A DNA stretch of 36,616 bases from Candidatus Methylomirabilota bacterium (GTDB lineage Bacteria; Methylomirabilota; Methylomirabilia; Methylomirabilales; 2-02-FULL-66-22). The DNA lies in assembly GCA_016208645.1 (NCBI GenBank), contig JACQXP010000195.1:1-36616 (forward strand), given 5' to 3'. The notes below the pieces were generated by a model, which was not told the origin of the DNA, searched no databases, and saw only the letters and a list, made by a program, of their open reading frames with translations. Below are positions 28,895 through 36,616 of this stretch, piece by piece. The stretch's first letter is position 1. Each line of letters begins with the position of its first letter. A program made the translations under genes and the position numbers.

Positions 28895-30492
28895 AAGTTC
28901 GGCGTGCTGCCTGTTGTCCGTTTCCCCCGCCCCCGGATCGCCGCCAGGGCCCAGCCCACTTCCTCGCAGCGCAAGGCCGCAGCCGTCGCCCCGAAGAGCG
29001 CCGCCGCCACGGCCATTTCGCCGAGCAGGAGGGCGGCCTTCGGGAGCACCCGGGGGACGGCCAAGAGGTCCCACCACCCCTGCGAAAGAATCCCCCACGC
29101 CGCCATGGGCAGGCACGCCACGGCCACCCTGGCCGCCGCCCGGAGGAGCCGCCGGCCACCCAACAGGCCGATGCGGCCCCGCAGGCGCATGAACAGGAAA
29201 AGGAAGTTGCTGGCGGACGCCAGGGCCGTCGCCAGGGCGAGGCCCGTGGCCCCGAGCCGTCCCATGAGCAGGACGCTGGCGGCGATGTTCACCGCCACCG
29301 CCAGCATCCCTGTCGTGACCGGGGTCCGGGTGTCGTGCATCGCGTAGAAGGCCGGAGCCAGGATCCGGTTGCCGATGTAAAAGGTGAGCCCCAGCGCGTA
29401 GCCCACCAGGATCTCGGCGGTGAGCAGCGTGACCGGCCGGGTGAAGGCCCCCCGCTCGAAGAGGACGTGCAGGATGGGCACCCGGAACACGATCAACCCC
29501 ACGATGGCCGGCAGGGTCAGGAAGAAGGCCAGGCGCAGGCTGCCCTGCAGCGCTCCCTTCATCTCCTCGACGGCGTCCTTGGCCATGGAGGCGGCCATGA
29601 CCGGCAGCGCCCCCGTGGCGATGGCGACCCCGATCACGCCGATGGGAAACTGCACCAGGCGGAAGGCGTACGTCAGGGCCGCCACGCTGCCCTGGGCCAG
29701 GAACGAGGCCAAGAGCGTTCCCACGAAGACGTTGATCTGCGTGATGGCGAGCCCCGCCACGCCGGGCGCCATCAGGCGGGCGATCTGCCAGACGCGCGGG
29801 TCCCGGGGAGCCACCCGGAGCCTCGGTCGCCACCCGCGCGCCAGCGCGGCCGGGACCTGGATCAGTAACTGGCCGGCGCCTCCCACCAGGACCGCGATCC
29901 CCAGGGGAAGGATGGGATTGCGGGCGCCGGGGGCGACCAGCAAGGCGGCGGCGATCATGGCGATGTTCAACACCGTCGGGGAGAGGGCCGGCGCCAGGAA
30001 GTGGCCCAGCGAGTTCAGGATCGCCATGAACAATGCGGCCAGGCCAACCAGGAAGATGTAGGGGAACATCACCCGGAGGAGCTGGACGGTGAGCTCGAGT
30101 TTGCCGGGCACCTCCGCGAAGCCGGGCGCCAGGAGCCGGACGATCGCCGGCGCCAGCAGGACCCCCAGCAGCGTCACGCCCGCCAGGACCACGACCAGGG
30201 TGCCCATCACGGCCGAGGCGAGGTCCCACGCGGCGTCCCGGCCCTCCCGGGTCGCGGTCCGGGTGAAGGTGGGAATGAAGGCGGCCGAGAGAGCCCCCTC
30301 CCCCAGGAGTTCGCGGAGGGTGCTGGGAATCCGGAAGGCCACGAAGAAGGCATCGGCCAGCATGCCCGCCCCGAAGAGCCAGGCGATGGCCATGTCCCGG
30401 ACGAAACCCAGGAGCCGGCTGAAGAGCGTGGCCAGGCTGACCACACCGGCGGCCGAGGCGATCTGCCGCACGTGCCCGGCCTGCGTGGTCAT
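28891..30492 (-). CDS. murJ: Lipid II flippase MurJ
   Basis: SRLLGFVRD, DAFFVAFRIP, EGALSAAFIP, RL.QFP.G and LFERGAF. Confidence 0.96.
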   Translation of the reverse strand: MTTQAGHVRQIASAAGVVSLATLFSRLLGFVRDMAIAWLFGAGMLADAFFVAFRIPSTLRELLGEGALSAAFIPTFTRTATREGRDAAWDLASAVMGTLVVVLAGVTLLGVLLAPAIVRLLAPGFAEVPGKLELTVQLLRVMFPYIFLVGLAALFMAILNSLGHFLAPALSPTVLNIAMIAAALLVAPGARNPILPLGIAVLVGGAGQLLIQVPAALARGWRPRLRVAPRDPRVWQIARLMAPGVAGLAITQINVFVGTLLASFLAQGSVAALTYAFRLVQFPIGVIGVAIATGALPVMAASMAKDAVEEMKGALQGSLRLAFFLTLPAIVGLIVFRVPILHVLFERGAFTRPVTLLTAEILVGYALGLTFYIGNRILAPAFYAMHDTRTPVTTGMLAVAVNIAASVLLMGRLGATGLALATALASASNFLFLFMRLRGRIGLLGGRRLLRAAARVAVACLPMAAWGILSQGWWDLLAVPRVLPKAALLLGEMAVAAALFGATAAALRCEEVGWALAAIRGRGKRTTGSTPNF

Positions 30493-30527
30493 GCCGACCT
30501 CGTCAAAAGAGGGAGCACGCAATGAGC

Positions 30528-30599
30528 TGAAACGTGAAGCGTGAAACGTGCTGGGGAACTGCCGGTCTGGGCCTTCACGTTTTACGTTTTACGTTTCAC
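30528..30599. repeat. Heptamer tandem-repeat hairpin (TGAARCG)n / (TTYACGT)n
   Basis: TGAAACG TGAAGCG TGAAACG ... TTCACGT TTTACGT TTTACGT TTCAC. Confidence 0.8.
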
Positions 30600-30617
30600 T
30601 TGTTCGGGAGAAATCCC

Positions 30618-30646
30618 TTGACATCCCTGCCCCACTCCTCTACAAG
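30618..30646 (+). promoter_or_regulatory. Putative rpsT promoter
   Basis: TTGACA-N17-TACAAG. Confidence 0.55.
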
Positions 30647-30721
30647 AGGGGCGCCCTCCGGGGCACCGCAGGTGCCTCCGGAGGTGTTCGCGCCAGTTCA
30701 TTACGTAAAGGAGCCGGGATC

Positions 30722-31000
30722 ATGCCGATCATCAAATCCTCCATCAAGGACCTGCGGCGGACGGCGCGCCGGAGCGCGGTCAACCGGGCTGCCAAGGGCA
30801 AGGTCCGGTCCAACCTGAAGCGGGTCCGATCCGCCATCACCGAGAATCAGGGCCAGGCCGCAGCGCAGGCGATGGCCGCGGCCACGCCCGTCATTGACCG
30901 CGCCGTGAGCAAGAGGATCCTGCACAAGAACGCCGCCGCGCGGCACAAGTCCCGCCTGATGCGCCAGCTCAATCGCCTGACCAAGCCTGCGGCATCCTAG
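30722..31000 (+). CDS. rpsT: 30S ribosomal protein S20
   Basis: KSSIK..R, IDRA.SK.ILHKNAAARHKSRL; AAGGAG SD. Confidence 0.95.
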   Translation: MPIIKSSIKDLRRTARRSAVNRAAKGKVRSNLKRVRSAITENQGQAAAQAMAAATPVIDRAVSKRILHKNAAARHKSRLMRQLNRLTKPAAS

Positions 31001-31038
31001 CCGGCCCGTCCCGTCCCCTCCACCACCCTTCACAATGA

Positions 31039-31590
31039 CTAAAGACCGTCCATGAGCCGGGCCACGACTCGGGCCGCCAGGTCCTGCGCGGCGCGCGCCG
31101 TGGCTTCCTCTTCCGCCGCCCGGGTGGCCACCACACCGGCCCCGGCGGTGTAAAACGCCTCCCCGACGATCTCCTCCTTCAGCAGGACCTTGTCCCCTCC
31201 CCGTTCCGCCAGCCGCAGGGTCAGGGTGATCCGGACGCGGAACCGGCGGCCGATGTCGGCCCGCTCGAAGGCGATGGGATCGTTCTGGTAGGCCGTCAGG
31301 CTGCCGCCCAGGACGGTGTCGGCGGCGTCCGGCGGGACGAGGCGTACCCGGCCATCCTGCTGAATCCGCTGCAGGATGGCGGCGCTGATGAGCCCCTGGA
31401 GGCCGGGCCGGAAGGTATCGTTGGTCAGGGCCGCCAGGTGGAGGCGCTGGATTTCGCGGGGCAGGTCGCCCACCCCTTCCGGATGATAGCCGCACCCGGC
31501 GAGCAGCAGACCGCACCCGGCGGCCAGCACGAGCAGGCGCACGGATCGCCCGGGTGTCCGACCGCGCTGGCGTGACCGGCGAATCCCCAT
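31039..31590 (-). CDS. lptE: LptE-family lipoprotein
   Basis: Lipobox LAGC followed by GY; immediately downstream of leuS. Confidence 0.8.
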   Translation of the reverse strand: MGIRRSRQRGRTPGRSVRLLVLAAGCGLLLAGCGYHPEGVGDLPREIQRLHLAALTNDTFRPGLQGLISAAILQRIQQDGRVRLVPPDAADTVLGGSLTAYQNDPIAFERADIGRRFRVRITLTLRLAERGGDKVLLKEEIVGEAFYTAGAGVVATRAAEEEATARAAQDLAARVVARLMDGL

Positions 31591-31600
31591 GCCGTGGGGG

Positions 31601-34207
31601 TCAGGAGGTAACGACGATGTTGACGAGCTTGTCCGGGATGACGACCACCTTGCGGACGGCCTTGCCCCCCGTCCACGGCTGGACGCGCGGGTCGGCGAGC
31701 GCCAGCGCCCGGAGGCGATCCTCCGCGGTCCCCCGGGGGACGTGCTGCCGGCTGCGGACCTTGCCGTTCACCTGGACGACCACCTCGACCGTCTCGGCCT
31801 GGGCCAGGGCCGCATCGGCGACAGGCCAGGGCCGGCGGAAAATGCTCTCGCGGTGGCCCAGCATCTCCCAGAGCTCCTCCGCCAGGTGCGGCGCGAAGGG
31901 GGCGAGCATTGTCACCAGGGCGCTCACGCCCTCGGCGAACGCCAGGACCCGCTTGCGCCGGGGCGGCGCGAGGTCCGCCCCGAGTTCCTCCTGGAACTTG
32001 TTCAGCGAGTTCAGCAGCTCCATGAGGGCGGCAAGGGCCGTGTTGAAGTGGAACGCATCCTCCAGGTCGCGGGTGACCCTGGCGATCGTCTGGTGGGTCA
32101 CGCGCCGGAGGGCGCGGACCGCCTCGGCATGGACCCCGTCGTCCCAGGACAGGTCCCGGGCGGCGCGGATCCAGGCGGCGCGATCCTCCACCAGCCGCCA
32201 GACGCGGCTGAGGAATCGGAACGAGCCCTGGACGCCCTCGTCCGACCACTCCAGATCCTTCTCCGGGGGGGCGGCGAACAGCGAGAAGAGCCGGATGGTG
32301 TCGGCCCCGTAGCGCTCCAGGAGGTCATCCGGATCCACCACGTTCCGCTTGGACTTGGACATCTTTTCGGTCCGCCCGATCTCCACCGGCCGCTGGCATT
32401 CGGTACAGCGGCCCTGCGTGTCCACCTCCCCCGGCAGGCGGTAGCCGTGCTCGGGGCAGCGGTAGCTCTCCTTGCAGACCATGCCCTGCGTCAGCAGGTT
32501 GCTGAAGGGCTCGCTCACGCCGGTCAGGCCCAGGTCGCGGCACACCTTGGTGAAGAAGCGCGCGTACAAGAGGTGCAGTACGGCGTGCTCGATCCCTCCG
32601 ATATACTGGTCCACCGGCATCCAGTACTGCACCTTGCCAGGGTCCAGGGGGCGCGTCGTCTCATGGGGGCTGGTGAAACGGAGGAAGTACCAGGAGGAGT
32701 CCACGAAGGTGTCCATGGTGTCGGTCTCGCGCCGCGCCGGACGCCGGCAGGAAGGACACGTGGTCCGCACGAACTCCTCGACCCGCGCCAGGGGGGAGCC
32801 CCCGCTCATGGTGATATCCACGTCCTGGGGCAGGATCACGGGGAGGTCCCGTTCCGGCACGGGCACGCTGCCGCAGGTGTCGCAATAGATGATCGGGATG
32901 GGCGTCCCCCAGTACCGCTGGCGGGAGATGAGCCAGTCGCGGATCCGGTAATTCACCGCCCGCTTGCCGATCCCCTGCTCCTCCAGGAACTGGCAGACGG
33001 CCAGCTTCCCCTCCTCGCTCGCCATGCCGCTGAAGGCACCGGAATTGACCATGCTGCCCTCACCCTCGTAGGCGGACTCCAACGTTTCGCCGGAGCCGAC
33101 CGCCTCCCCCGGAGGCTGGATCACCACCCGGATCGGCAGCCGGTAGAGGCGCGCGAAGTCGAAGTCCCGCTGGTCGTGGGCCGGCACCGCCATGATCGCC
33201 CCGGTCCCGTACTCCATGAGGACGAAATTGGCCACCCAGATGGGGATGCGCTCCCGGGTCAGGGGATTGACGGCGGAGGCCCCCGTGAAGACCCCCTCCT
33301 TTTCGGCCGTGGCGTCGGTTCGCACGGCCCTGTCGGCCCGGCGCATGCGGGCGACGAAGTCCCGAAGCGTGGACTCCCGGGGGGTGCCGGCCGACAGCGA
33401 CATGGCCAGGGGATGCTCGGGCGCCAGCACCATGAAGGTGGCGCCGAACAGCGTGTCGGGTCGCGTGGTGAAGATGCGGAGGCTCCCGCCATCCACCAGG
33501 GGGAAATCCACCTCGGCCCCCACGCTCTTCCCGATCCAGTTGCGCTGCATGACCCGGACCCGCTCGGGCCAGCCCGTCAGGGTCTCCAGGTCCCCCAGCA
33601 GCTCCTCCACGTAGGCGGTGATCTTCAGGAACCATTGCTCCAGCTCCTTCTGGACCACCGGCGTGTCGGTGTGCCGCCAGCAGACGCCTCCCTCGGCCTG
33701 TTCGTTGCTCAGCACCGACTGGCACAGCTCGCACCAGTTCACGGGGGCGCGACCCCGGTAGGCCAGGCCTCGATCCAGGAGCTTTAGGAAGAACCACTGG
33801 TTCCAGCGGTAGTAGGCGGGATCGCAGCAGTTGACCTCGCGGGACCAGTCGTACGAGAACCCCATGCGCCGGAGCTGCGACTGCATGTAGGCGATGTTGT
33901 CGGTGGTCCACTTGGCGGGGTGGACCCCGTGCTCGAAGGCCGCGTTCTCGGCCGGGAAGCCGAAGGCATCCCAGCCCATGGGGTGCAGCACGTTGAAGCC
34001 GCGCATGGTCAGGTAGCGCGCCACCACGTCGCCGATGGAGTAGTTGCGCACGTGCCCCATGTGGATCTTGCCCGAGGGGTACGGATACATTTCCAGGCAG
34101 TAGTACTTCGGGCGCGCCGGGTCTTCCGTGACGGCGAAGAGGCGCTGGGCCTCCCAGACCTCCTGCCACTTCGCCTCGATGCGTGTGAAGTCGTAGCCAC
34201 GAGCCAT
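31601..34207 (-). CDS. leuS: Leucyl-tRNA synthetase
   Basis: [44 protein letters not shown] and KMSKS. Confidence 0.98.
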   Translation of the reverse strand: MARGYDFTRIEAKWQEVWEAQRLFAVTEDPARPKYYCLEMYPYPSGKIHMGHVRNYSIGDVVARYLTMRGFNVLHPMGWDAFGFPAENAAFEHGVHPAKWTTDNIAYMQSQLRRMGFSYDWSREVNCCDPAYYRWNQWFFLKLLDRGLAYRGRAPVNWCELCQSVLSNEQAEGGVCWRHTDTPVVQKELEQWFLKITAYVEELLGDLETLTGWPERVRVMQRNWIGKSVGAEVDFPLVDGGSLRIFTTRPDTLFGATFMVLAPEHPLAMSLSAGTPRESTLRDFVARMRRADRAVRTDATAEKEGVFTGASAVNPLTRERIPIWVANFVLMEYGTGAIMAVPAHDQRDFDFARLYRLPIRVVIQPPGEAVGSGETLESAYEGEGSMVNSGAFSGMASEEGKLAVCQFLEEQGIGKRAVNYRIRDWLISRQRYWGTPIPIIYCDTCGSVPVPERDLPVILPQDVDITMSGGSPLARVEEFVRTTCPSCRRPARRETDTMDTFVDSSWYFLRFTSPHETTRPLDPGKVQYWMPVDQYIGGIEHAVLHLLYARFFTKVCRDLGLTGVSEPFSNLLTQGMVCKESYRCPEHGYRLPGEVDTQGRCTECQRPVEIGRTEKMSKSKRNVVDPDDLLERYGADTIRLFSLFAAPPEKDLEWSDEGVQGSFRFLSRVWRLVEDRAAWIRAARDLSWDDGVHAEAVRALRRVTHQTIARVTRDLEDAFHFNTALAALMELLNSLNKFQEELGADLAPPRRKRVLAFAEGVSALVTMLAPFAPHLAEELWEMLGHRESIFRRPWPVADAALAQAETVEVVVQVNGKVRSRQHVPRGTAEDRLRALALADPRVQPWTGGKAVRKVVVIPDKLVNIVVTS

Positions 34208-34234
34208 GCAGACCCTCCGGTCACCGATCGGTTG

Positions 34235-34263
34235 TATGTAGCACGAGTCCCCGGCCTTGGCAA
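34235..34263 (-). promoter_or_regulatory. Putative leuS promoter
   Basis: TTGCCA-N17-TACATA with an extended TG. Confidence 0.5.
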
Positions 34264-34353
34264 GGGCGAGCGTGCCGCCCGGGGCAGGCAAGAACGTTCG
34301 GGGCACCCACGCCACGGCGGTGGTTATCCACCGCGGTGCCGTGGGTCCCGGCT

Positions 34354-34413
34354 GTTCGATGGTTCGGTCGTTCCAGAACAACCGAACGCCCGAACGCACG
34401 AACGGTCGAACGC
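34354..34413. repeat. Octamer tandem-repeat hairpin (CGAACGNN)n
   Basis: GTTCGATG GTTCGGTC GTTC ... CGAACGCC CGAACGCA CGAACGGT CGAACGC. Confidence 0.75.
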
Positions 34414-34426
34414 TTCTGGGTAGGTG

Positions 34427-35371
34427 TCAGGTGGCGAGACGGCCCTCCAGCTCGCGGACGCGGGCCTCCAGGGTCGCGATGACCTGCCGCTTCTCGCGGA
34501 GCTCGGCGAAGTGGTGGACGGCCCGGCGGATCGCCAGAATCACCAGCTCGTGCTGGAGGCCTTTCACAATGAAGTCGAAGGCGCCAAGCTTGAGGGCCGT
34601 GATGGCGTTCTGGGAGCTGGGGTGGGCGGTGAGGATGATCACCGGAAGATCAGGGGCCCGCTTCCGGAACTGCTCCAGCGTTTCCAGGCCGGAGAGCCCT
34701 GGCATCATGATGTCCAGCACCACGGCCTCCACGGGATGCTGGGGCAGCGCCGCCAGCGCCTCGGTCCCGCTGGCCACCGCCACCACCCGGAATCCACGCT
34801 CCACCAAGAGATCGCCATAAAACTGGCGCGTGAGTTCCTCGTCGTCCACCAGCAGGATCACGGGAGCGGCGCGATCTCCTCCCTCGCGGGAGGGCTCCGA
34901 GGGGACGGCGGGCGCGCCCTTCAGCGCCCGGCGGCGATGACTGTGGCGGGCCACCTCCAGCTCGTGCAGGTAGGCCAGCGTCCGGTCCAGATCCTGTCGC
35001 AGGTGGCGCACCCGCAGCATCGCCTCCACCCGGGCCAGCACCTCGGCGGATTGAATCGGCTTCGTCAGGTAATCGTCGGCCCCCAGGGTCAGGACCCGCT
35101 CCTTGGTGCCGAAATGGTCCAGGGCCGTGATGACGATGATCGGGATGCGGGCCGTTCGCTCCTGCGCGCGCAGCATCTCGCAGACCTCGAACCCGCTCAC
35201 CCCCGGCATGATGAGGTCCAGGAGGATGATCTCCGGCAGATCCTCCTCCACCGCCTGGAGCGCCTGGCGCCCGTTGCTGGCCTTGCGGATCGTGTGGCCG
35301 GCGGGCGCCAGGATGCCCTCCAGCAGCTCCAGGTTCTCGGGCTCATCATCCACGACCAGGATGGATGGCAT
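34427..35371 (-). CDS. Response regulator with two receiver domains and no output domain
   Basis: ILVVDD..ILLDLIMP..DYLTKP and ILLVDD..VVLDIMMP..DFIVKG; helical C-terminal tail. Confidence 0.9.
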   Translation of the reverse strand: MPSILVVDDEPENLELLEGILAPAGHTIRKASNGRQALQAVEEDLPEIILLDLIMPGVSGFEVCEMLRAQERTARIPIIVITALDHFGTKERVLTLGADDYLTKPIQSAEVLARVEAMLRVRHLRQDLDRTLAYLHELEVARHSHRRRALKGAPAVPSEPSREGGDRAAPVILLVDDEELTRQFYGDLLVERGFRVVAVASGTEALAALPQHPVEAVVLDIMMPGLSGLETLEQFRKRAPDLPVIILTAHPSSQNAITALKLGAFDFIVKGLQHELVILAIRRAVHHFAELREKRQVIATLEARVRELEGRLAT

Positions 35372-35493
35372 GGGTCGCCTCCCTCGGTGCGCTTGCGCCG
35401 CGGCCGCCAGGCCGCCTCATTCTACCGAACCGGGGGCGTCTGACAAGTCAAATCTCCTGCCCACCCATGAGGCCGGCCTGCCGGGCAGCGCGG

Positions 35494-36228
35494 TCAGTAC
35501 TGCACCTCCACCAGGCACAGCCCGTGCGGGGGCAGCGTCTTCCCGGCCCGCCGGCGGTCGCGGGAGGCCAGCGCCGCCTCCACCTCCGCCGGGTCCCGCC
35601 TCCCCCGCCCCACCTCGAGGAGGCTCCCCACCAGGATCCGCACCATGTGCTGGAGGAAGGCGTTCGCCGTGATCTCGAAGTGCCAGAGATCGCCCGCGAT
35701 CCGCCAGGAGGCGTCCAGGATGGTGCGCACCGGCGTCCGGGCCGTGCAGCTCGCCGCGCGAAAGGCGGAGAAGTCGTGCGTGCCGACCAGGACGCGGGCC
35801 GCCCGCGCCATGGCATCCAGATCCAGGAGATGTGGCACGAACAGGGTGTGCCGGGCCAGCCAGGCCGAGGGGTAATCCCGGCGGAGCAGCGTGTAGCGGT
35901 ACGTCTTGGAACGGGCCGAGCGGCGGGCGTCGAAGCCCGGGGGGACTTCCTCGGCGTGGCAGACCACGATGTCCCGGGGCAGGCTGGCATTCAAGGCCTT
36001 GCGCAGGGTGAGCGGATCCAGGCGCAGGTCGGCGGCGAGACTGGCCACCTGCCCCAGGGCATGCACGCCGGCGTCGGTGCGTCCCGCCCCGGTCACCTGC
36101 ACGGGGACGCCTGCGATCCGGGTCAGCGCGGCCCGCAGGACGCCCTGGATCGTCGGCAGGCCGGGCTGCACCTGCCAGCCATGATACGCCGTCCCCTCGT
36201 ACTCCAGGATCAGCTTGAACCGGCGCAC
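35494..36228 (-). CDS. truA: tRNA pseudouridine(38-40) synthase
   Basis: Y.GT.Y.GWQ.Q, GAGRTDAGVHA.GQ, G.HDF..F and FL..MVR..VG. Confidence 0.96.
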   Translation of the reverse strand: MRRFKLILEYEGTAYHGWQVQPGLPTIQGVLRAALTRIAGVPVQVTGAGRTDAGVHALGQVASLAADLRLDPLTLRKALNASLPRDIVVCHAEEVPPGFDARRSARSKTYRYTLLRRDYPSAWLARHTLFVPHLLDLDAMARAARVLVGTHDFSAFRAASCTARTPVRTILDASWRIAGDLWHFEITANAFLQHMVRILVGSLLEVGRGRRDPAEVEAALASRDRRRAGKTLPPHGLCLVEVQY

Positions 36229-36386
36229 GTCCGGGTCTCCGGCAAGGTGCGAGTTGGCGATGACCTGTTTCTCGGTCAGCACATTTTTACCAGATGGGGG
36301 ATTTTTACCGTACGGGTAAAATACACCATCTCGTCCATCTCCGCCAATGAGAGGAGGGCACCCGGCCAACTTTGCAAACGACTGGC

Positions 36387-36415
36387 TTGACACGCATCGT
36401 GGGGTCAGTTAGGGG
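36387..36415 (+). promoter_or_regulatory. Putative promoter for the gene starting at 36521
   Basis: TTGACA-N17-TAGGGG. Confidence 0.4.
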
Positions 36416-36520
36416 TACCCCTGGAGAAAGGATGGTTGGGAAAGGTCCCGACTGGCATTCCGGGTTGCCTCTGCGAGTCCTGCTTTCTGGCGGCCGGAAC
36501 CTGGGATAGGGAGGCCGGAC

Positions 36521-36616
36521 ATGCCGAGACAGTGTACTGCCAGCGCCTGGAGTCAGTTTCTCGCCACGGCGTGCCTTCTCACGCTGCTCGTCCACGCTGC
36601 CGACGCGGGGACGCCT
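36521..36616 (+). CDS. 5' end of a probably exported protein
   Basis: GGGAGG SD; MPRQCTASAWSQFLATACLLTLLVHAADAG resembles a signal peptide; runs off the window. Confidence 0.5.
   Translation, partial: MPRQCTASAWSQFLATACLLTLLVHAADAGTP

Noticed and set aside
16827-34413. CRISPR array
   Set aside because: The repeat units are 7-9 nt without spacers, and no cas genes are present.
4744-36393. Many long alternative-frame or antisense ORFs (e.g. 8700-10430, 14634-16529, 24933-27374, 31589-33787)
   Set aside because: They are shadow ORFs of high-GC genes: they fully overlap well-supported genes and carry no motifs.
36452-36470. Sigma54 promoter TGGCA...TTGC
   Set aside because: The GG-to-GC spacing is 11 nt rather than the required 10.
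1-36616. tRNA, rRNA, riboswitch, transposase or integrase genes
   Set aside because: None recognisable by eye. A covariance-model scan would be needed to exclude small RNAs.

Overview
High-GC bacterial chromosomal window. Gene order and content suggest a Methylomirabilota/Deltaproteobacteria/Nitrospirota-like diderm (inference only). The left 4.8 kb is an accessory region that reads as a decayed integron-type cassette array. It has four degenerate attC-like hairpins, a DUF4160/DUF2442 pair, an M6-like secreted metalloprotease, YciI and a reverse-oriented RelE/HigA toxin-antitoxin pair, with no integrase in the window. Most of the rest is housekeeping: gltBD (gltB broken by a ~31-nt deletion) with a divergent LysR, Uma2, PaaI, ihf-sppA-rpsA-plsC-cmk-aroA-miaA, ilvBNC, murJ, rpsT, lptE-leuS, a dual-receiver regulator and truA. 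The best candidates for something undescribed are: (i) a terminator-bounded class III cyclase-HIT hydrolase-DUF151 nuclease operon; (ii) an attC mutation that removes a stop codon and fuses two neighbouring genes in frame; (iii) a dispersed family of 7/8/9-nt tandem-repeat hairpins between genes; (iv) several sigma70-type promoters lacking the -7 T; (v) a probable ATT start for miaA. All calls come from reading the sequence; no database searches were run.
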